Source: Trueperaceae bacterium (GTDB lineage: Bacteria > Deinococcota > Deinococci > Deinococcales > Trueperaceae). From it: a DNA stretch of 64,000 bases. The notes under the pieces are model-generated. The model searched no databases. It saw only the letters and a program-made list of their open reading frames with translations, and was not told where the DNA came from. Positions 1 to 9,986 of this stretch are shown one piece after another; positions within the stretch are counted from its first letter, which is position 1; every line of letters begins with the position of its first letter. The translations under genes and the position numbers were made by a program. Location of the stretch: contig OZ243913.1 in the NCBI GenBank assembly GCA_965213705.1, positions 1,728,001 through 1,792,000 on the forward strand, in the 5' to 3' direction.

Positions 1-435
1 GGTATTTTTGAAATGGGGGGCGGCCTCGTCAACTTAAACCGCGTCGCCGAAGGTGACTCGTCCGCGCTCAGCGCAGAAGCGGGCAACCTGAGATACGACG
101 AAGCCACCGACCAAATCCTGCTCACCGAAAACGTGTCCATCGAATCCGACGGGCGCGTGAGCCAGGCCGACTCGGTCGAGTTCGACGACGCCAACAGCGT
201 CGCTGTTTTAACGGGCGACCCCGCGACCAGCCGCAAGGGCGACGAATTTTTTCAGGGCAACGTCATCACCTATTACTTGGACAGCAACGACGTGAAAGTG
301 ACCGGCAACATCCAAGGCGAACTCACCCTCGACCTGGGCGGTGAAGGGGCGACCACTACGGCCGGCGAGGACGGCTCGGCGGATACCCCCGACGAAGAAG
401 CGCCCCAAACACCCGACCCCAACCCGTCCCAGTAG
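1..435 (+). CDS. LptA/OstA-like beta-jellyroll protein, C-terminal part (frame open at window start)
   Basis: Frame open from base 1; repeats like 'AGNLRYDEATDQILLTENV' and 'ADSVEFDDANSVAVLTG' resemble LptA/OstA strands. Confidence 0.6.
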   Translation, partial: GIFEMGGGLVNLNRVAEGDSSALSAEAGNLRYDEATDQILLTENVSIESDGRVSQADSVEFDDANSVAVLTGDPATSRKGDEFFQGNVITYYLDSNDVKVTGNIQGELTLDLGGEGATTTAGEDGSADTPDEEAPQTPDPNPSQ

Positions 436-482
436 GTTTAAGCAGTAGGTTTGAGCTGTGGGTTTAAGCAGTAGGTTCAAGC
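431..482. repeat. Four imperfect 13-nt tandem copies (AGTAGGTTTAAGC) between convergent stop codons
   Basis: agtaggtttaagc agtaggtttgagc tgtgggtttaagc agtaggttcaagc. Confidence 0.85.
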
Positions 483-887
483 TTGGACTTTGGGAAAATC
501 CAGTACGAGCAGGCCGTCGCGCAGGCTCGCGTGGCTGCGCGCGTAGTCGACTTCGCCGGGCAACTCGACGCTGCGCTGAAAGTGGCCGCTGGCTCGTTCG
601 TTCAAGATAACGTCGACGCCGTCACCCGAACCGTCACTTGAGGGCTCGTACAGGGGCTCGCGCAGGCCCGCCACGGTAAGGCTGCGGCCCTGCAGGGCGA
701 TTTCTAAGTTTTCCTGGGTCACGCCGGGCACCTCGACGACCAGCCGGTAGGCGGCCCCCAAGTCCAGCAGCTCGAGCTTGGGACCGGCGTCGGCCTCGGG
801 CGCGGCGGTGCCCAAGCGCTCTATGTCGTCGCGCAGGGCGAGCAGGTCCCGGATGTCCCGGCTCGAGTCGAACTTCTCTAGCTCCAT
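477..887 (-). CDS. Hsp20/alpha-crystallin small heat-shock protein
   Basis: 'VEVPGV..ENLEI', 'ERASGHFQRSVELP', 'ASLRDGLLVLDFPK'; TAGACT -10 box 7 nt upstream of ATG. Confidence 0.9.
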   Translation of the reverse strand: MELEKFDSSRDIRDLLALRDDIERLGTAAPEADAGPKLELLDLGAAYRLVVEVPGVTQENLEIALQGRSLTVAGLREPLYEPSSDGSGDGVDVILNERASGHFQRSVELPGEVDYARSHASLRDGLLVLDFPKVQA

Positions 888-927
888 ACGGGCGAGTCTA
901 GCACCTTAGGGTGAGGCTTTTGTTACC

Positions 928-1890
928 GTGGGCACTGTGAAAAACGCCGAACCCGAAAAGGCTGCGGCGCGTGTTGCGACCCAGACCCCCCGTCGGCGCG
1001 TTCCCGTCCTGGCTGCGCCGACCGCCGCCGGCAAAACCGCCGCCGCCCTGCAACTCGCCGCCGACCTGCCGTTAGAAGTCGTCAGCGCCGACGCGATGAT
1101 GGTCTACCGGGGCCTCGACATCGGCACCGCCAAACCGACCCCGGCCGAGCGGGCGCGGTTGCCGCACCACCTTGTCGACGTGGTCGACCCCGACGAGGCT
1201 TTCAACGTCGCCGACTTCGTGCGACTGGCGGAGGCCGCTGTCAGCGAGGTTTGGCGGCGCGGCAACATCCCTTTCGTCGTCGGCGGCACCGGCTTTTACA
1301 TCCGCGCGCTGAGTGAAGGCTTGCCGACCACGCCGGCGGCTGACAAACAGGTGCAGGCGGCGTTGTGGGCACGGCTCGAGCGCGAAGGCGTGGACGTCTT
1401 GGCGCAAGAGCTGGCCGCTTTCAGCCCCGCGGACGCCGCGCGCGCCGAGCGCAACCCGCGCCGGGTGGTCCGAGCCTTGGAAATCATCAGACGGACCGGC
1501 CGCGCCCCGGCGAGCTTTCCCATGACGAAACCCGCTTTCGAGTACGACAAAACCGTGTTGCTGCCGCCTCTGGACGCGTTGCGCCCGCGCATCGTCCTCC
1601 GCACCGAAATCATGTTCAACCGCGGCCTGGTCGAAGAGGCGGCCTCGTTGCAGCGGCGCTACCCCGCGCAAACCACCGCGCGGCAGGCCATCGGTTACAA
1701 GGAGGCCGGCGCTTACCTGACGGGCGGCCTCACGCTGGACGAGGCCAAGGCGGCGGTGACGCTGGCGACGACGCAGTACGCCAAGCGCCAGCGCACCTGG
1801 TTCCGCAAGGAAACGGGCGCAACCTTTTACGAGACTGTGGCGACGGACGTGTTGGGGGAATTATGGGGGTGGCTCGAGGGCTGGGTTTAG
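928..1890 (+). CDS. miaA: tRNA dimethylallyltransferase
   Basis: APTAAGKT, SADAMMVYRGLDIGTAKP, VGGTGFY, AIGYKE, YAKRQRTWF. Confidence 0.97.
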   Translation: MGTVKNAEPEKAAARVATQTPRRRVPVLAAPTAAGKTAAALQLAADLPLEVVSADAMMVYRGLDIGTAKPTPAERARLPHHLVDVVDPDEAFNVADFVRLAEAAVSEVWRRGNIPFVVGGTGFYIRALSEGLPTTPAADKQVQAALWARLEREGVDVLAQELAAFSPADAARAERNPRRVVRALEIIRRTGRAPASFPMTKPAFEYDKTVLLPPLDALRPRIVLRTEIMFNRGLVEEAASLQRRYPAQTTARQAIGYKEAGAYLTGGLTLDEAKAAVTLATTQYAKRQRTWFRKETGATFYETVATDVLGELWGWLEGWV

Positions 1891-1990
1891 AAAGATTTTT
1901 CCTTGGCTCCGACCTACTAAACTGACGGACACTCTCGTTTCTTTATCCTCGCTACCGCCACGCCCGCCGCTCGAGCGTTAAACTGGCCTT

Positions 1991-3757
1991 ATGTCCTTGA
2001 GCTTTCTCGCGCCGCAGTTTTTGTGGGCGCTGCTGGCTGTTCCGGTGGTCGTGTTGCTGCACTTTATCCGCGCGCGCAAAAAACGCTACGAGGTGTCGGC
2101 GCTGTTTTTGTGGAAGCAGGCCCAGGAACTCGCGGCGGCGCGGCGGCGCTTTAGCCCGAGCGTGTTGCTGCTGCTCCAACTCGCTTTCGTGACGTTGGCC
2201 GCGCTGGCCCTGGCCCAACCGAGTTTGAGCCTGAGCGGCCCGCCCGAGCGGGTGCTGGTTGTCGACGCTTCGGCGAGTATGGCGGCGCGTGACGCGGGCG
2301 GGGTACGTTTGAACGAGGCCGTGGCGGCGGCTAAAACGCTTCTGCGCGGCGCGGGCCGGGTGGCGGTGGTGCGGGCCGGGCTGGGCGCGGCGGTGGTGCA
2401 ACCCCTCACCACGGACTTGGGCGCGGTCGAGCGCGCCCTGGACGGCCTTGTCGCCGCCGACCGCGAGGCCGACCTGGGGCGGGCGCTGTCACTGGCGCTG
2501 GCAATCGCACCCGACGCCGAAGTTCACCTGTTCACCGACGCCGAGCCGCCCCCCAGCAACCGCGCGGCGGTTCACGGCGTCGGCGGCGACGGCCTCAACA
2601 TAGGTATCAGCACGTTCGATATAGGTCTGCAGCAAGCTTTTGTGGCGGTGGTGAGCAACCACCCGCGGCCCCAAGAGGTGGGGCTCGAGCTGGCCCAGGA
2701 CGGCCGCGTCGTCGCGCAGACCACGCTGCTCGTTCCCGCGGCGGGGCAGGCCAACGCGTCGTTTCCGTTGGGCGACGCCACAGGGTTTTTCGAGGCGCGG
2801 CTGTTGGCGCCGGACTGGGATGCACTCGCTTTAGACGACTTGGCTTACGCCGGCAAACGTGATTTGCGAGTGGTCCTCAACCTAGCCGACGAGGCCGTCG
2901 AGCGCGCCCTCAGCGCGATTCCCGACCTCAGCTACCAGGTTCTTCCCAACGCCGCCCCGAACGCCCCCGGCTTCGGGGCACGCGTGTTGACAGGGGTCGC
3001 CCCCGAAAGTTTGGCGGAGGGCAACTACCTCCTTTTCGCCGCGCCCAGCGACGAGCCGGCGTTCAAGACCGTGCGCACCTGGGACCGCAGCGACCCGCTG
3101 CTGCGTTTTGTCGACCTGAGCGGTGCGGTCGTCGGTTTGCCCGCCAACCTGTTCGGCGCCTCGACCGATTCCTCGCCTGGTTCCTCGTCTGGCTCTTCGG
3201 CTGCAACCGTGGCGGCAACCGTACCGCCAGGCTGGCAAGTGTTGGCGCAAACCGGCGACCTGACGCCGGTCATCTTGCGCAAAACGGAACCCGACCTGAA
3301 CGTCGTCGCGGCCAACTTCAACCCGGCCCAAAGCGACCTCGTCAACCGTTCGGCTTTTCCGCTGTTCGTGACCAACGTCGTCAACGGGTTCCGCGACGAA
3401 ACACCGTTGGTGCTGGGCGAACCCTTGCCACCGGGCGCGGCGCTGCTCGTGGGTGAGCGCGAGGTGCCCCGCGCCCAGGCGACGCAGCCGGGGCTCTACA
3501 GACTGGACGGACAGACCTACGCGGCGAGCCTGCTCAGCTCGGCCGAGTCGCGCCTGAGCACCTTTCAAGAGGAAACGGTGGCCCCCGAACCCGAAGAAAC
3601 CTCTCAGCGGGTAAGAAACGCGGCGCTCTGGCTCGTCGCGCTGGCCGCCCTGTTTTTGACGGCCGAGTGGCTGCTGTGGTCGCGCGGGCGGCGCAGACCC
3701 TGGCACTTCGGCCCCTGGCGATTTAAACCTTGGCGGCCCCGCCGGCTGCGCCGCTAG
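1991..3757 (+). CDS. BatA N-terminal + vWA domain membrane protein
   Basis: N-terminal 'FLAPQFLWALLAVPVVVLLH', MIDAS-like 'VDASASM', 'LFTD', C-terminal 'LFLTAEWLL' TM. Confidence 0.85.
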   Translation: MSLSFLAPQFLWALLAVPVVVLLHFIRARKKRYEVSALFLWKQAQELAAARRRFSPSVLLLLQLAFVTLAALALAQPSLSLSGPPERVLVVDASASMAARDAGGVRLNEAVAAAKTLLRGAGRVAVVRAGLGAAVVQPLTTDLGAVERALDGLVAADREADLGRALSLALAIAPDAEVHLFTDAEPPPSNRAAVHGVGGDGLNIGISTFDIGLQQAFVAVVSNHPRPQEVGLELAQDGRVVAQTTLLVPAAGQANASFPLGDATGFFEARLLAPDWDALALDDLAYAGKRDLRVVLNLADEAVERALSAIPDLSYQVLPNAAPNAPGFGARVLTGVAPESLAEGNYLLFAAPSDEPAFKTVRTWDRSDPLLRFVDLSGAVVGLPANLFGASTDSSPGSSSGSSAATVAATVPPGWQVLAQTGDLTPVILRKTEPDLNVVAANFNPAQSDLVNRSAFPLFVTNVVNGFRDETPLVLGEPLPPGAALLVGEREVPRAQATQPGLYRLDGQTYAASLLSSAESRLSTFQEETVAPEPEETSQRVRNAALWLVALAALFLTAEWLLWSRGRRRPWHFGPWRFKPWRPRRLRR

Positions 3758-4341
3758 GGGGCTCGAGCCCGAACGTCGAAGGCAACCCGGACCGGGTCGT
3801 CGACTTCAACGCCGAAAAAGCTGGGCCGTTTCATGTCGTAGTCGCTCAGCTTGACCGTGAACGCGCCCGTCGCCGCGTAGGTCGCGCCGCTGCGGCTGAA
3901 GGTGGCCTCCGTCGTCACCTCGCGCCTGACGCCGTGCATCGTCAAGGTGCCGGCAAGGGTAAGCTCGAGCGCTTCGCCGTCACCCAAGCTGTCGCGGGGG
4001 GCTTGCACGTCCGCCAGTTCAAAGGTGATGTCGGGGTACTCACCCGTTTCGAACACGACGCGCCGCGCGTTGGCGTCGCGGATGAAGTTGCCCGAGTCGA
4101 ACTGTCCGGGCTGAACCGTCACGCTGAGTTGCGCCGCGCGCACCTGGTTCGGGTCGAGGCTGAAGGTGAGCCGCGCGACGGGCGCTCGCCCACTCCAACT
4201 GTTTGAAGGGTCCGAGGCCGTGTACTCGACCACGCTGTCCGGTAACAGCTCGAGCTGCGCGACCGCTAGGGTACTCAAAGCCAAAATGCTCAGGGTCAGG
4301 GTGCTCAAGGCCAACAAAACCAGCGTGAATCGTTTTTTCAT
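3754..4341 (-). CDS. YceI-family secreted lipid/polyisoprenoid-binding protein
   Basis: Start moved to MKKRFTL (signal peptide); 'FDSGNFIRD', 'YPDITF', 'GTLTMHGV', 'LSDYDM'. Confidence 0.85.
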   Translation of the reverse strand: MKKRFTLVLLALSTLTLSILALSTLAVAQLELLPDSVVEYTASDPSNSWSGRAPVARLTFSLDPNQVRAAQLSVTVQPGQFDSGNFIRDANARRVVFETGEYPDITFELADVQAPRDSLGDGEALELTLAGTLTMHGVRREVTTEATFSRSGATYAATGAFTVKLSDYDMKRPSFFGVEVDDPVRVAFDVRARAP

Positions 4342-4616
4342 AGCACCAGTATCGCCTTTGAACGGGCTTTCACACGTCGCGAGTCCTGAACTTACTGTCT
4401 CGCTCGAGAGGTTCACAGCTCGCGTTTTGAGCCCTTTCGGCCTCGCTCGACTCGACTTTAAGGAGGCTCGACGTTCCTGTTTGAAGGCGCTCAAGCAGGA
4501 ACGTCGGCTATCTTGTAGCGGCGCGGCGTCCGCGGAGCGGGGGCCGACCCCCTGAGCCGTCAATCCCGACTGGTTTACTGGTTGTTAATCGGAATCATTC
4601 CGATTAAACTAAGGCT

Positions 4617-5135
4617 ATGAACCCCGACCCCGCTACCCAAACGCCCGCCGACGCCCACGCCAACCCTGCTTTTGTGCTTCAGGTGGTGCAGCCCGCCCTG
4701 CTCGGGCTCATGGACGGCTCGGTCTCGACGCTCGCGCCGCTTTTTGCCGCTGCCGAGTTGACGGGCAACCCGCTTTCCGCCTTTTACGTCGGCATGGCGG
4801 CGGCGCTGGGCGCGGGCATCAGCATGGGTCTTGCCGAGGCCTTGTCGGACGACGGCGCTGTGTCGGGCCGGGGCAACCCCTGGGTGCGCGGCGCGATTAC
4901 CGGCGGCGCGACGATCGTCGGCGGGATGCTCCACACCTTTCCCTTTCTCCTCGGCAACCTGCAGACGGCGCTCTATTTGGCCTACGCCGTCGTCACTGCC
5001 GAACTGCTGGTCATCGCCTACATTCGCTACCACTACATGAAAAGTCCGCTCGGCCGAACCGTCCTGCAGGTCATTGTGGGCGGCGGCATCGTCTTCGGGG
5101 TGGGCCTGCTGCTGGGCCGCTTGGGCACGGGCTGA
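4617..5135 (+). CDS. VIT1/CCC1-family membrane protein (MbfA C-terminal-like, putative Fe/Mn transporter)
   Basis: '[18 protein letters not shown]', '[16 protein letters not shown]'. Confidence 0.85.
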   Translation: MNPDPATQTPADAHANPAFVLQVVQPALLGLMDGSVSTLAPLFAAAELTGNPLSAFYVGMAAALGAGISMGLAEALSDDGAVSGRGNPWVRGAITGGATIVGGMLHTFPFLLGNLQTALYLAYAVVTAELLVIAYIRYHYMKSPLGRTVLQVIVGGGIVFGVGLLLGRLGTG

Positions 5136-5202
5136 TACGGATTCCGATACTACAGCTCGTAAACCTTGTAAGAGTCTTTCGCTTCCTTACCGGAATCCGT
5201 AT
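5135..5202. mobile_element. 68-bp MITE-like element with 12-bp terminal inverted repeats
   Basis: ATACGGATTCCG (5135-5146) ... CGGAATCCGTAT (5191-5202); same 12-mer at 35594 and 49643. Confidence 0.65.
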
Positions 5203-5386
5203 TTTATTCTCGTCTGCTCGCGCTTGATTCTAAAAGAATTAACGGAAAGGTATGAGGTGCTTCTCGAGCGCCCCTGAAAAACCTTTGACAGGAACTTAAC
5301 CGGTTTAACCCGTACTCGTTTTCGTTCGGGTTGACTCGCTCTCGCAAGTCCACTGCGAACCTACTCAGGAAACACTCAAACGCAGT

Positions 5387-6397
5387 TTAGGTAGAAGGCA
5401 AAAGCTCGAGCCCCTTCAACGCCTCTATGTCCTTAGCCCCCGAACAGTGCATGGCGACTTTAAGTTCCCAAACGAGCTGTTCCAAAACTTCCGTCACGGC
5501 CTCGGCGGAACGTGTGGCGGGCTCGAGCAGCGGTTTGGCGACCGCGACCACCTCTGCGCCCAAAACCAGCGCTTTGGCAATGTCTACGCCCGAGCGAACA
5601 CCGCCCGAGGCGACGAGGGGCGTCTCAGGCAGTGCCGCGCGCACCTCCTGCAGGGCGGTCGCGGTGGGAATGCCCCACTCGGCCAACTCGGCGGAGCGCA
5701 CCCGGCCGTAGTTCACAAACTCCTCGACCTTCGCCCAGGAGGTGCCGCCCGCGCCCGCCACGTCTAGTGCGGCGAAGCTGACACCCGCGACGCTTTTCGC
5801 CACCGCCGCGCTCAAGCCGTGGCCGACCTCTTTGAGCAGGACGGGATAAGGAACTTGGGGGACAAGGGTCTCGAGCTTGGGCACGAGATTCGCAAAGTTC
5901 GTGTCGCCGTTTTGTTGTAGGGCTTCTTGCAGCGGGTTCGTGTGCAGCGCCAGCGCGTCCGCGCCGATAGTTTCTACCGCCCGCCGCAACTCGGTTACCC
6001 CGTAGCCCTTGTTCAGTTGAGCTACGCCCAGGTTGCCGACGAGGAGCGCGCTCGGGGCGTAGGGCCGCACCTTGAAAGAGGCGGCGGCCTCGGGATGCTC
6101 GAGCATGACGCGCTGCGAGCCGAGCATCATCCCCACGCCCAAAGTTTCGGCGGCCGTCGCGAGGTGGCGGTTGATGGCGGCCGACAGTTCCGCGCCGCCG
6201 GTCATCGCGCCGATGAGTATCGGGGCGTTTAAGCGTTTGCTTAGAAAGGTGGTGCTCGTGTCGACGCGCCGCAGGTCGCTTTCGGGCAAAGCCTGATAGG
6301 GCAGGTCGAAGCGCTCGAAGCCGGTCGTGCGCGTGCTGTACTCGACCCCGTAACGCAGGCACACGTCGACGTGTTTGAGTTTGCGCTCGGTCAGCAT
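5387..6397 (-). CDS. fni: Type 2 isopentenyl-diphosphate isomerase
   Basis: RKLKHV, GAMTGG, LGSQR, NPLQE, KEVGHG, AGAGGTSW, SGGVR. Confidence 0.96.
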   Translation of the reverse strand: MLTERKLKHVDVCLRYGVEYSTRTTGFERFDLPYQALPESDLRRVDTSTTFLSKRLNAPILIGAMTGGAELSAAINRHLATAAETLGVGMMLGSQRVMLEHPEAAASFKVRPYAPSALLVGNLGVAQLNKGYGVTELRRAVETIGADALALHTNPLQEALQQNGDTNFANLVPKLETLVPQVPYPVLLKEVGHGLSAAVAKSVAGVSFAALDVAGAGGTSWAKVEEFVNYGRVRSAELAEWGIPTATALQEVRAALPETPLVASGGVRSGVDIAKALVLGAEVVAVAKPLLEPATRSAEAVTEVLEQLVWELKVAMHCSGAKDIEALKGLELLPST

Positions 6398-6484
6398 GTC
6401 GTCAGCATAGCTGAGAGCATACCGCGCTCGAGTCTTTTGGTTTCATAAAACTAGAAACCTTTGTACAAGGTCGGCTTCAACCGC

Positions 6485-6560
6485 GTCATCCTAAAGGGTA
6501 GCGAAGAACCCCGCGAGGGTGAGCTGCGAAGATTCGTCGCTGCGCTTCGTCCAGGATGGC
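6485..6560. repeat. REP-like palindrome of GTCATCCT...AGGATGRC type
   Basis: GTCATCCT..AGCGAAGAA ... TTCGTCGCT..AGGATGGC imperfect inverted repeat. Confidence 0.6.
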
Positions 6561-6598
6561 AAGGGACGTAGTCGACCAAGCAACCCTGTCGGGTGGCT

Positions 6599-8305
6599 TC
6601 AGTCGTGCGAGGCGGCTCCGTAGACTGCGGCGGGGTCGCTCGGCAAGGGGACGTGGTCGGGCCCCTCGAGCCGTTTTGCCAGCAGCGCCTTGAGGTCGTC
6701 CAAGCCTGCGCCGCTCAGCGCCGACACGCCCAGCGCGCCGTAACGCTCCGCCAAGCCCGCCAGTACCGTTTCGTGCGCGACGTCCGCTTTGTTGATGACC
6801 ACCAGGCGCTCGACTTTGAGGTCGAGGTCGTCCAGAATGCGCTCGACCGCGTCTACTCGGTCGGGCGCGCCGGGCGTGGCCCCGTCGACGACGTGCAGCA
6901 GCAGGTCGGCGTCGTGGAGTTCTTCCAGCGTGGCCCGAAAAGCGTTGACGAGTTCGTCGGGCAGGTCGCGGATAAAGCCGACCGTGTCGGTATAGAGCAC
7001 CTTTTCACCCCACTGTCCTAACGCGGGCAGCCAACCCTCCCGCGTCGTCGGGCGCAGCGTGGCGAAGAGTTTGTTCGCGCTCTGCGCGTCGGCCTTGGCG
7101 AGCGCGTTGAAGAGCGTGGACTTGCCCGCGTTGGTGTAGCCGACCAAGGCGATGACGGGCGTGCTCGACCCCGTGCGCGTCTTGCGCGTCTCGGCGCGGC
7201 GCGCGCTGATTTCGTCGACCTCTTTTTCCAGGGCCGTGAGGCGTTCGCGGATGCGGCGGCGGTCGAGTTCGAGCTTCGTCTCGCCGGGGCCGCGCGTGCC
7301 TATGCCGCCGCCCAAGCGGCTCAGCGCGGTGCCGCGCCCGGCCAGACGCGGCAACTGGTAGTGCAACTGCGCCAATTCGACTTGCACTTTGGCCTCGCGC
7401 CCGCGGGCGTTCTGCGCAAAAATGTCCAAGATGAGCTGGGTGCGGTCGATGGTTTTGAGGTTCGTTTCCGCTTCGATTTCGCGCGCCTGCGCCGGGTTGA
7501 GTTCGCGGTCGAAAATCAGCAGGTCGGCGTCCTCGTGGTAGGCTTTTGAGACGAGTTCTTGCAGTTTGCCGCGGCCAATCAGGGTGCGCGGGTCGGGGCT
7601 CGGGCGCTGCTGGCGGCTCGTGTAGACGACGCTCGCCCCGGCGGTGCGGGCGAGTTCGGCCAACTCGTCCAGCCGCGACTCGGCCTCGAGCGCTCCCTGA
7701 CCCGTGTCCAGCCCGATGAGTACGGCGCGCTCGCTGCTGCTGCGCTTGACCTCACGCGCTTGGCTGCTGCGCACCAACTCTTCTTCCAGCGCGCGGATGC
7801 GTTCCAACATCGGCACGTTTTCCAGCGCCGCCATGCTCATGGGCGCTTCGATGATCCAGTCTTCTTCTTGCGCGCTCACCGGCGCAATCATCGCTAAGTG
7901 TGCGCTTTCCAACACCACGCTGCCGCGCTCGTTCTCGAACAGGTCGACGGCTAAAATCGCGTCGAGCCGGTTCAAAAACAGTTTGGACAGGTCGGCGCTC
8001 GAGAGCCCGCCTTTTTTGAGGTGCGTGTGAACCAGCCGCAACCCGTAAAGCCGCGACTCGGCCTCGCCGTAGAGCGGCGGCAGCGGCGTGTCCGCGGCGT
8101 CGCCGACGGCGACCGTCGTCACCCGGCCACGCCGGTCTATCAGCACCGAGACGGGCGAGTTGACTTCCAGGCTCAGTTCACCCAGCGCCCGCAGCAGGTC
8201 GGCGGTCGCGGGCATGTCGGGCGGAACTTTACGGCGGTAGAGGTTGCTGAGGCTTTTGACCTGGCTTTTTTTGAGACCGCTGAGTTTACCGTGAACTTTT
8301 TCGAT
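6599..8305 (-). CDS. hflX: Ribosome-splitting GTPase HflX, long form; probable ATC start
   Basis: GYTNAGKS, KLFATL, DTVGF, NKAD; frame extends 30 codons past the first ATG to ATC (8303-8305) with AAAGGAG 8 nt upstream. Confidence 0.95.
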   Translation of the reverse strand: MEKVHGKLSGLKKSQVKSLSNLYRRKVPPDMPATADLLRALGELSLEVNSPVSVLIDRRGRVTTVAVGDAADTPLPPLYGEAESRLYGLRLVHTHLKKGGLSSADLSKLFLNRLDAILAVDLFENERGSVVLESAHLAMIAPVSAQEEDWIIEAPMSMAALENVPMLERIRALEEELVRSSQAREVKRSSSERAVLIGLDTGQGALEAESRLDELAELARTAGASVVYTSRQQRPSPDPRTLIGRGKLQELVSKAYHEDADLLIFDRELNPAQAREIEAETNLKTIDRTQLILDIFAQNARGREAKVQVELAQLHYQLPRLAGRGTALSRLGGGIGTRGPGETKLELDRRRIRERLTALEKEVDEISARRAETRKTRTGSSTPVIALVGYTNAGKSTLFNALAKADAQSANKLFATLRPTTREGWLPALGQWGEKVLYTDTVGFIRDLPDELVNAFRATLEELHDADLLLHVVDGATPGAPDRVDAVERILDDLDLKVERLVVINKADVAHETVLAGLAERYGALGVSALSGAGLDDLKALLAKRLEGPDHVPLPSDPAAVYGAASHD

Positions 8306-8630
8306 AGGGAACGCTCCTTTTCGCCGGCACTGGTCTGAGCGGCGTGGCGTGAATACACAGACGAATTTTGAGGTATGAACAAGCCGGTGCCGCGCTTCGC
8401 AACTAGGCCCTCGAGGGGCCGCGCTGAGAGGCGCAACGGGTTTGGTTTGGGTCTGTCAAGGTCATACCAGTGTAGGGGGTTTCAGATGAAAAGGATGTAA
8501 GCCTTGTCCCAAAACGAGAAACGGCGGGAAATGGCGCAGGACAAACCCGGCCCTTTGTCTCTCGACGTTCTCTCGGCACAAGGGGAAGAGTTCACGTCGC
8601 GCCGCGCGCGGCCCTTGTTAGACTGCGCCC

Positions 8631-9083
8631 ATGCGACGGCTTTTGCGGCGTTTCGGCTTGGCGGCTTGTCTGGTGAGTTTGGCCGCCTGTGCGCCCCGCT
8701 CCCGAGCGGACTACAGTTTGCTCACCACTTCGGACGGCGGGGCGAGCTTTTCGACACTTATCGCCCCCTTTTACCGTGACTTAGCCGTGCTGGACGTGCG
8801 GGTGGACGTTTACGACAGTTTTCGCTACGACGGGCAGGACCCACACGTGCAAGACCGCGTAGTGGACAACTTTCAGGCCAAGTACCAGGCCGAAGACAAA
8901 GGCTTTTGCGAACTTCGCAACCGCTACCGCAGCCCGGACGGCCGACACGTCATGGTGTTGGCGTCGAACGACAGCTTGGACGTTCGCGGCGTCGTCTACG
9001 ACTTGTCGCGGCACCCGCGGCTGGTTTACGCTTACTTTGAAGGCCGCGTGTTCAGCCCACTGCCAACCAAGCGCTGTCGCTGA
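8631..9083 (+). CDS. Hypothetical lipoprotein
   Basis: Basic N-terminus, lipobox LAAC, TAGACT 6 nt upstream of ATG. Confidence 0.7.
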   Translation: MRRLLRRFGLAACLVSLAACAPRSRADYSLLTTSDGGASFSTLIAPFYRDLAVLDVRVDVYDSFRYDGQDPHVQDRVVDNFQAKYQAEDKGFCELRNRYRSPDGRHVMVLASNDSLDVRGVVYDLSRHPRLVYAYFEGRVFSPLPTKRCR

Positions 9084-9107
9084 CGAGGAAATTAGGAACA
9101 GGGGAGA

Positions 9108-9986
9108 TTGAAGACGAGGGAGAAAGCCGTGGTGTTGCGTCGGGGTTGGGTTTTGAGCTTGCTCGTGTACGCGGCGGTCGGTACGGCCTTTTCTCAGGGT
9201 TTGGCGGCGCAAGACGCTGGGGGCGTGGTTTACGTCGCGCTCGAGGAGGTCGCGAGCCGCCTGGGCTACAGCCTGAGCGGGGGCGAAAGCAGTCTGACGC
9301 TGCGCGCCGCGGCGGGCGTGGCGGTGGTGTTCGCCGACTCGCCCGACATCCTCTTCAAACCCAAAAACAGCGTCGCAGCCCTCGAGCGGAGCGACCAGAG
9401 TTTGGCCGCTCCCGTACTCAAAACGGGTGAGACGTGGCTCGCGCCGTTGGAACTGCTCGAGCTGCTCGGCTTCACGGTGACGAACAAGAGCGTGACCACC
9501 CCGGAGGGTCGAACGTTCGCCCTGAACTTTGCAGCGCCCGACGTACCTCAAACGTCTCAGCGCGGCGAACTCGTCGACCTGGGCAACGGCGTCACCGGCG
9601 TAAGTTTTTACCTGCCTGGTGTCGCCGGGCCTGAGACCGTGAGCGTGCTGGTTTTGGACCTCAGCCTGCTCGCCCTGGTTTTTCCCCAGCAGCAGCGTAG
9701 CTTAGACGCGGTAGCGGCCAAGTTCAAAAACGCCAAACCCCTTTACTTTGCGGCGACAACGCTCGGCGCGGCCGAGTGGCAACCGGTTTTCACCGTGACC
9801 CAGGCCGGGCGCAGCGCGGAAGTGCGCTATCCTTTCGGTGTCAGCGTGCTGGCCGGGGACGCGGGCACCCTCACGCCCGACACGCCGGTTTCCGGTCTCG
9901 TCTTGCTGCCCACTTGGGTCAACTTGCGGCAACCGCTGACGCTCCGTTTGGCCGGGGTGAGCGCGACCGTGCAGTTTCGGCGCTGA
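9108..9986 (+). CDS. Hypothetical secreted protein (copper amine oxidase N-terminal/stalk-like motifs)
   Basis: Signal peptide; 'YVALEEVASRLG', 'APVLKTGETWLAPLELLELLG'; start uncertain. Confidence 0.6.
   Translation: MKTREKAVVLRRGWVLSLLVYAAVGTAFSQGLAAQDAGGVVYVALEEVASRLGYSLSGGESSLTLRAAAGVAVVFADSPDILFKPKNSVAALERSDQSLAAPVLKTGETWLAPLELLELLGFTVTNKSVTTPEGRTFALNFAAPDVPQTSQRGELVDLGNGVTGVSFYLPGVAGPETVSVLVLDLSLLALVFPQQQRSLDAVAAKFKNAKPLYFAATTLGAAEWQPVFTVTQAGRSAEVRYPFGVSVLAGDAGTLTPDTPVSGLVLLPTWVNLRQPLTLRLAGVSATVQFRR

Noticed and set aside
8321..8470. Leader peptide or attenuator upstream of hflX
   Set aside because: A 20-codon ORF exists but has no SD and only 3 nt from the -10-like box; stems are weak
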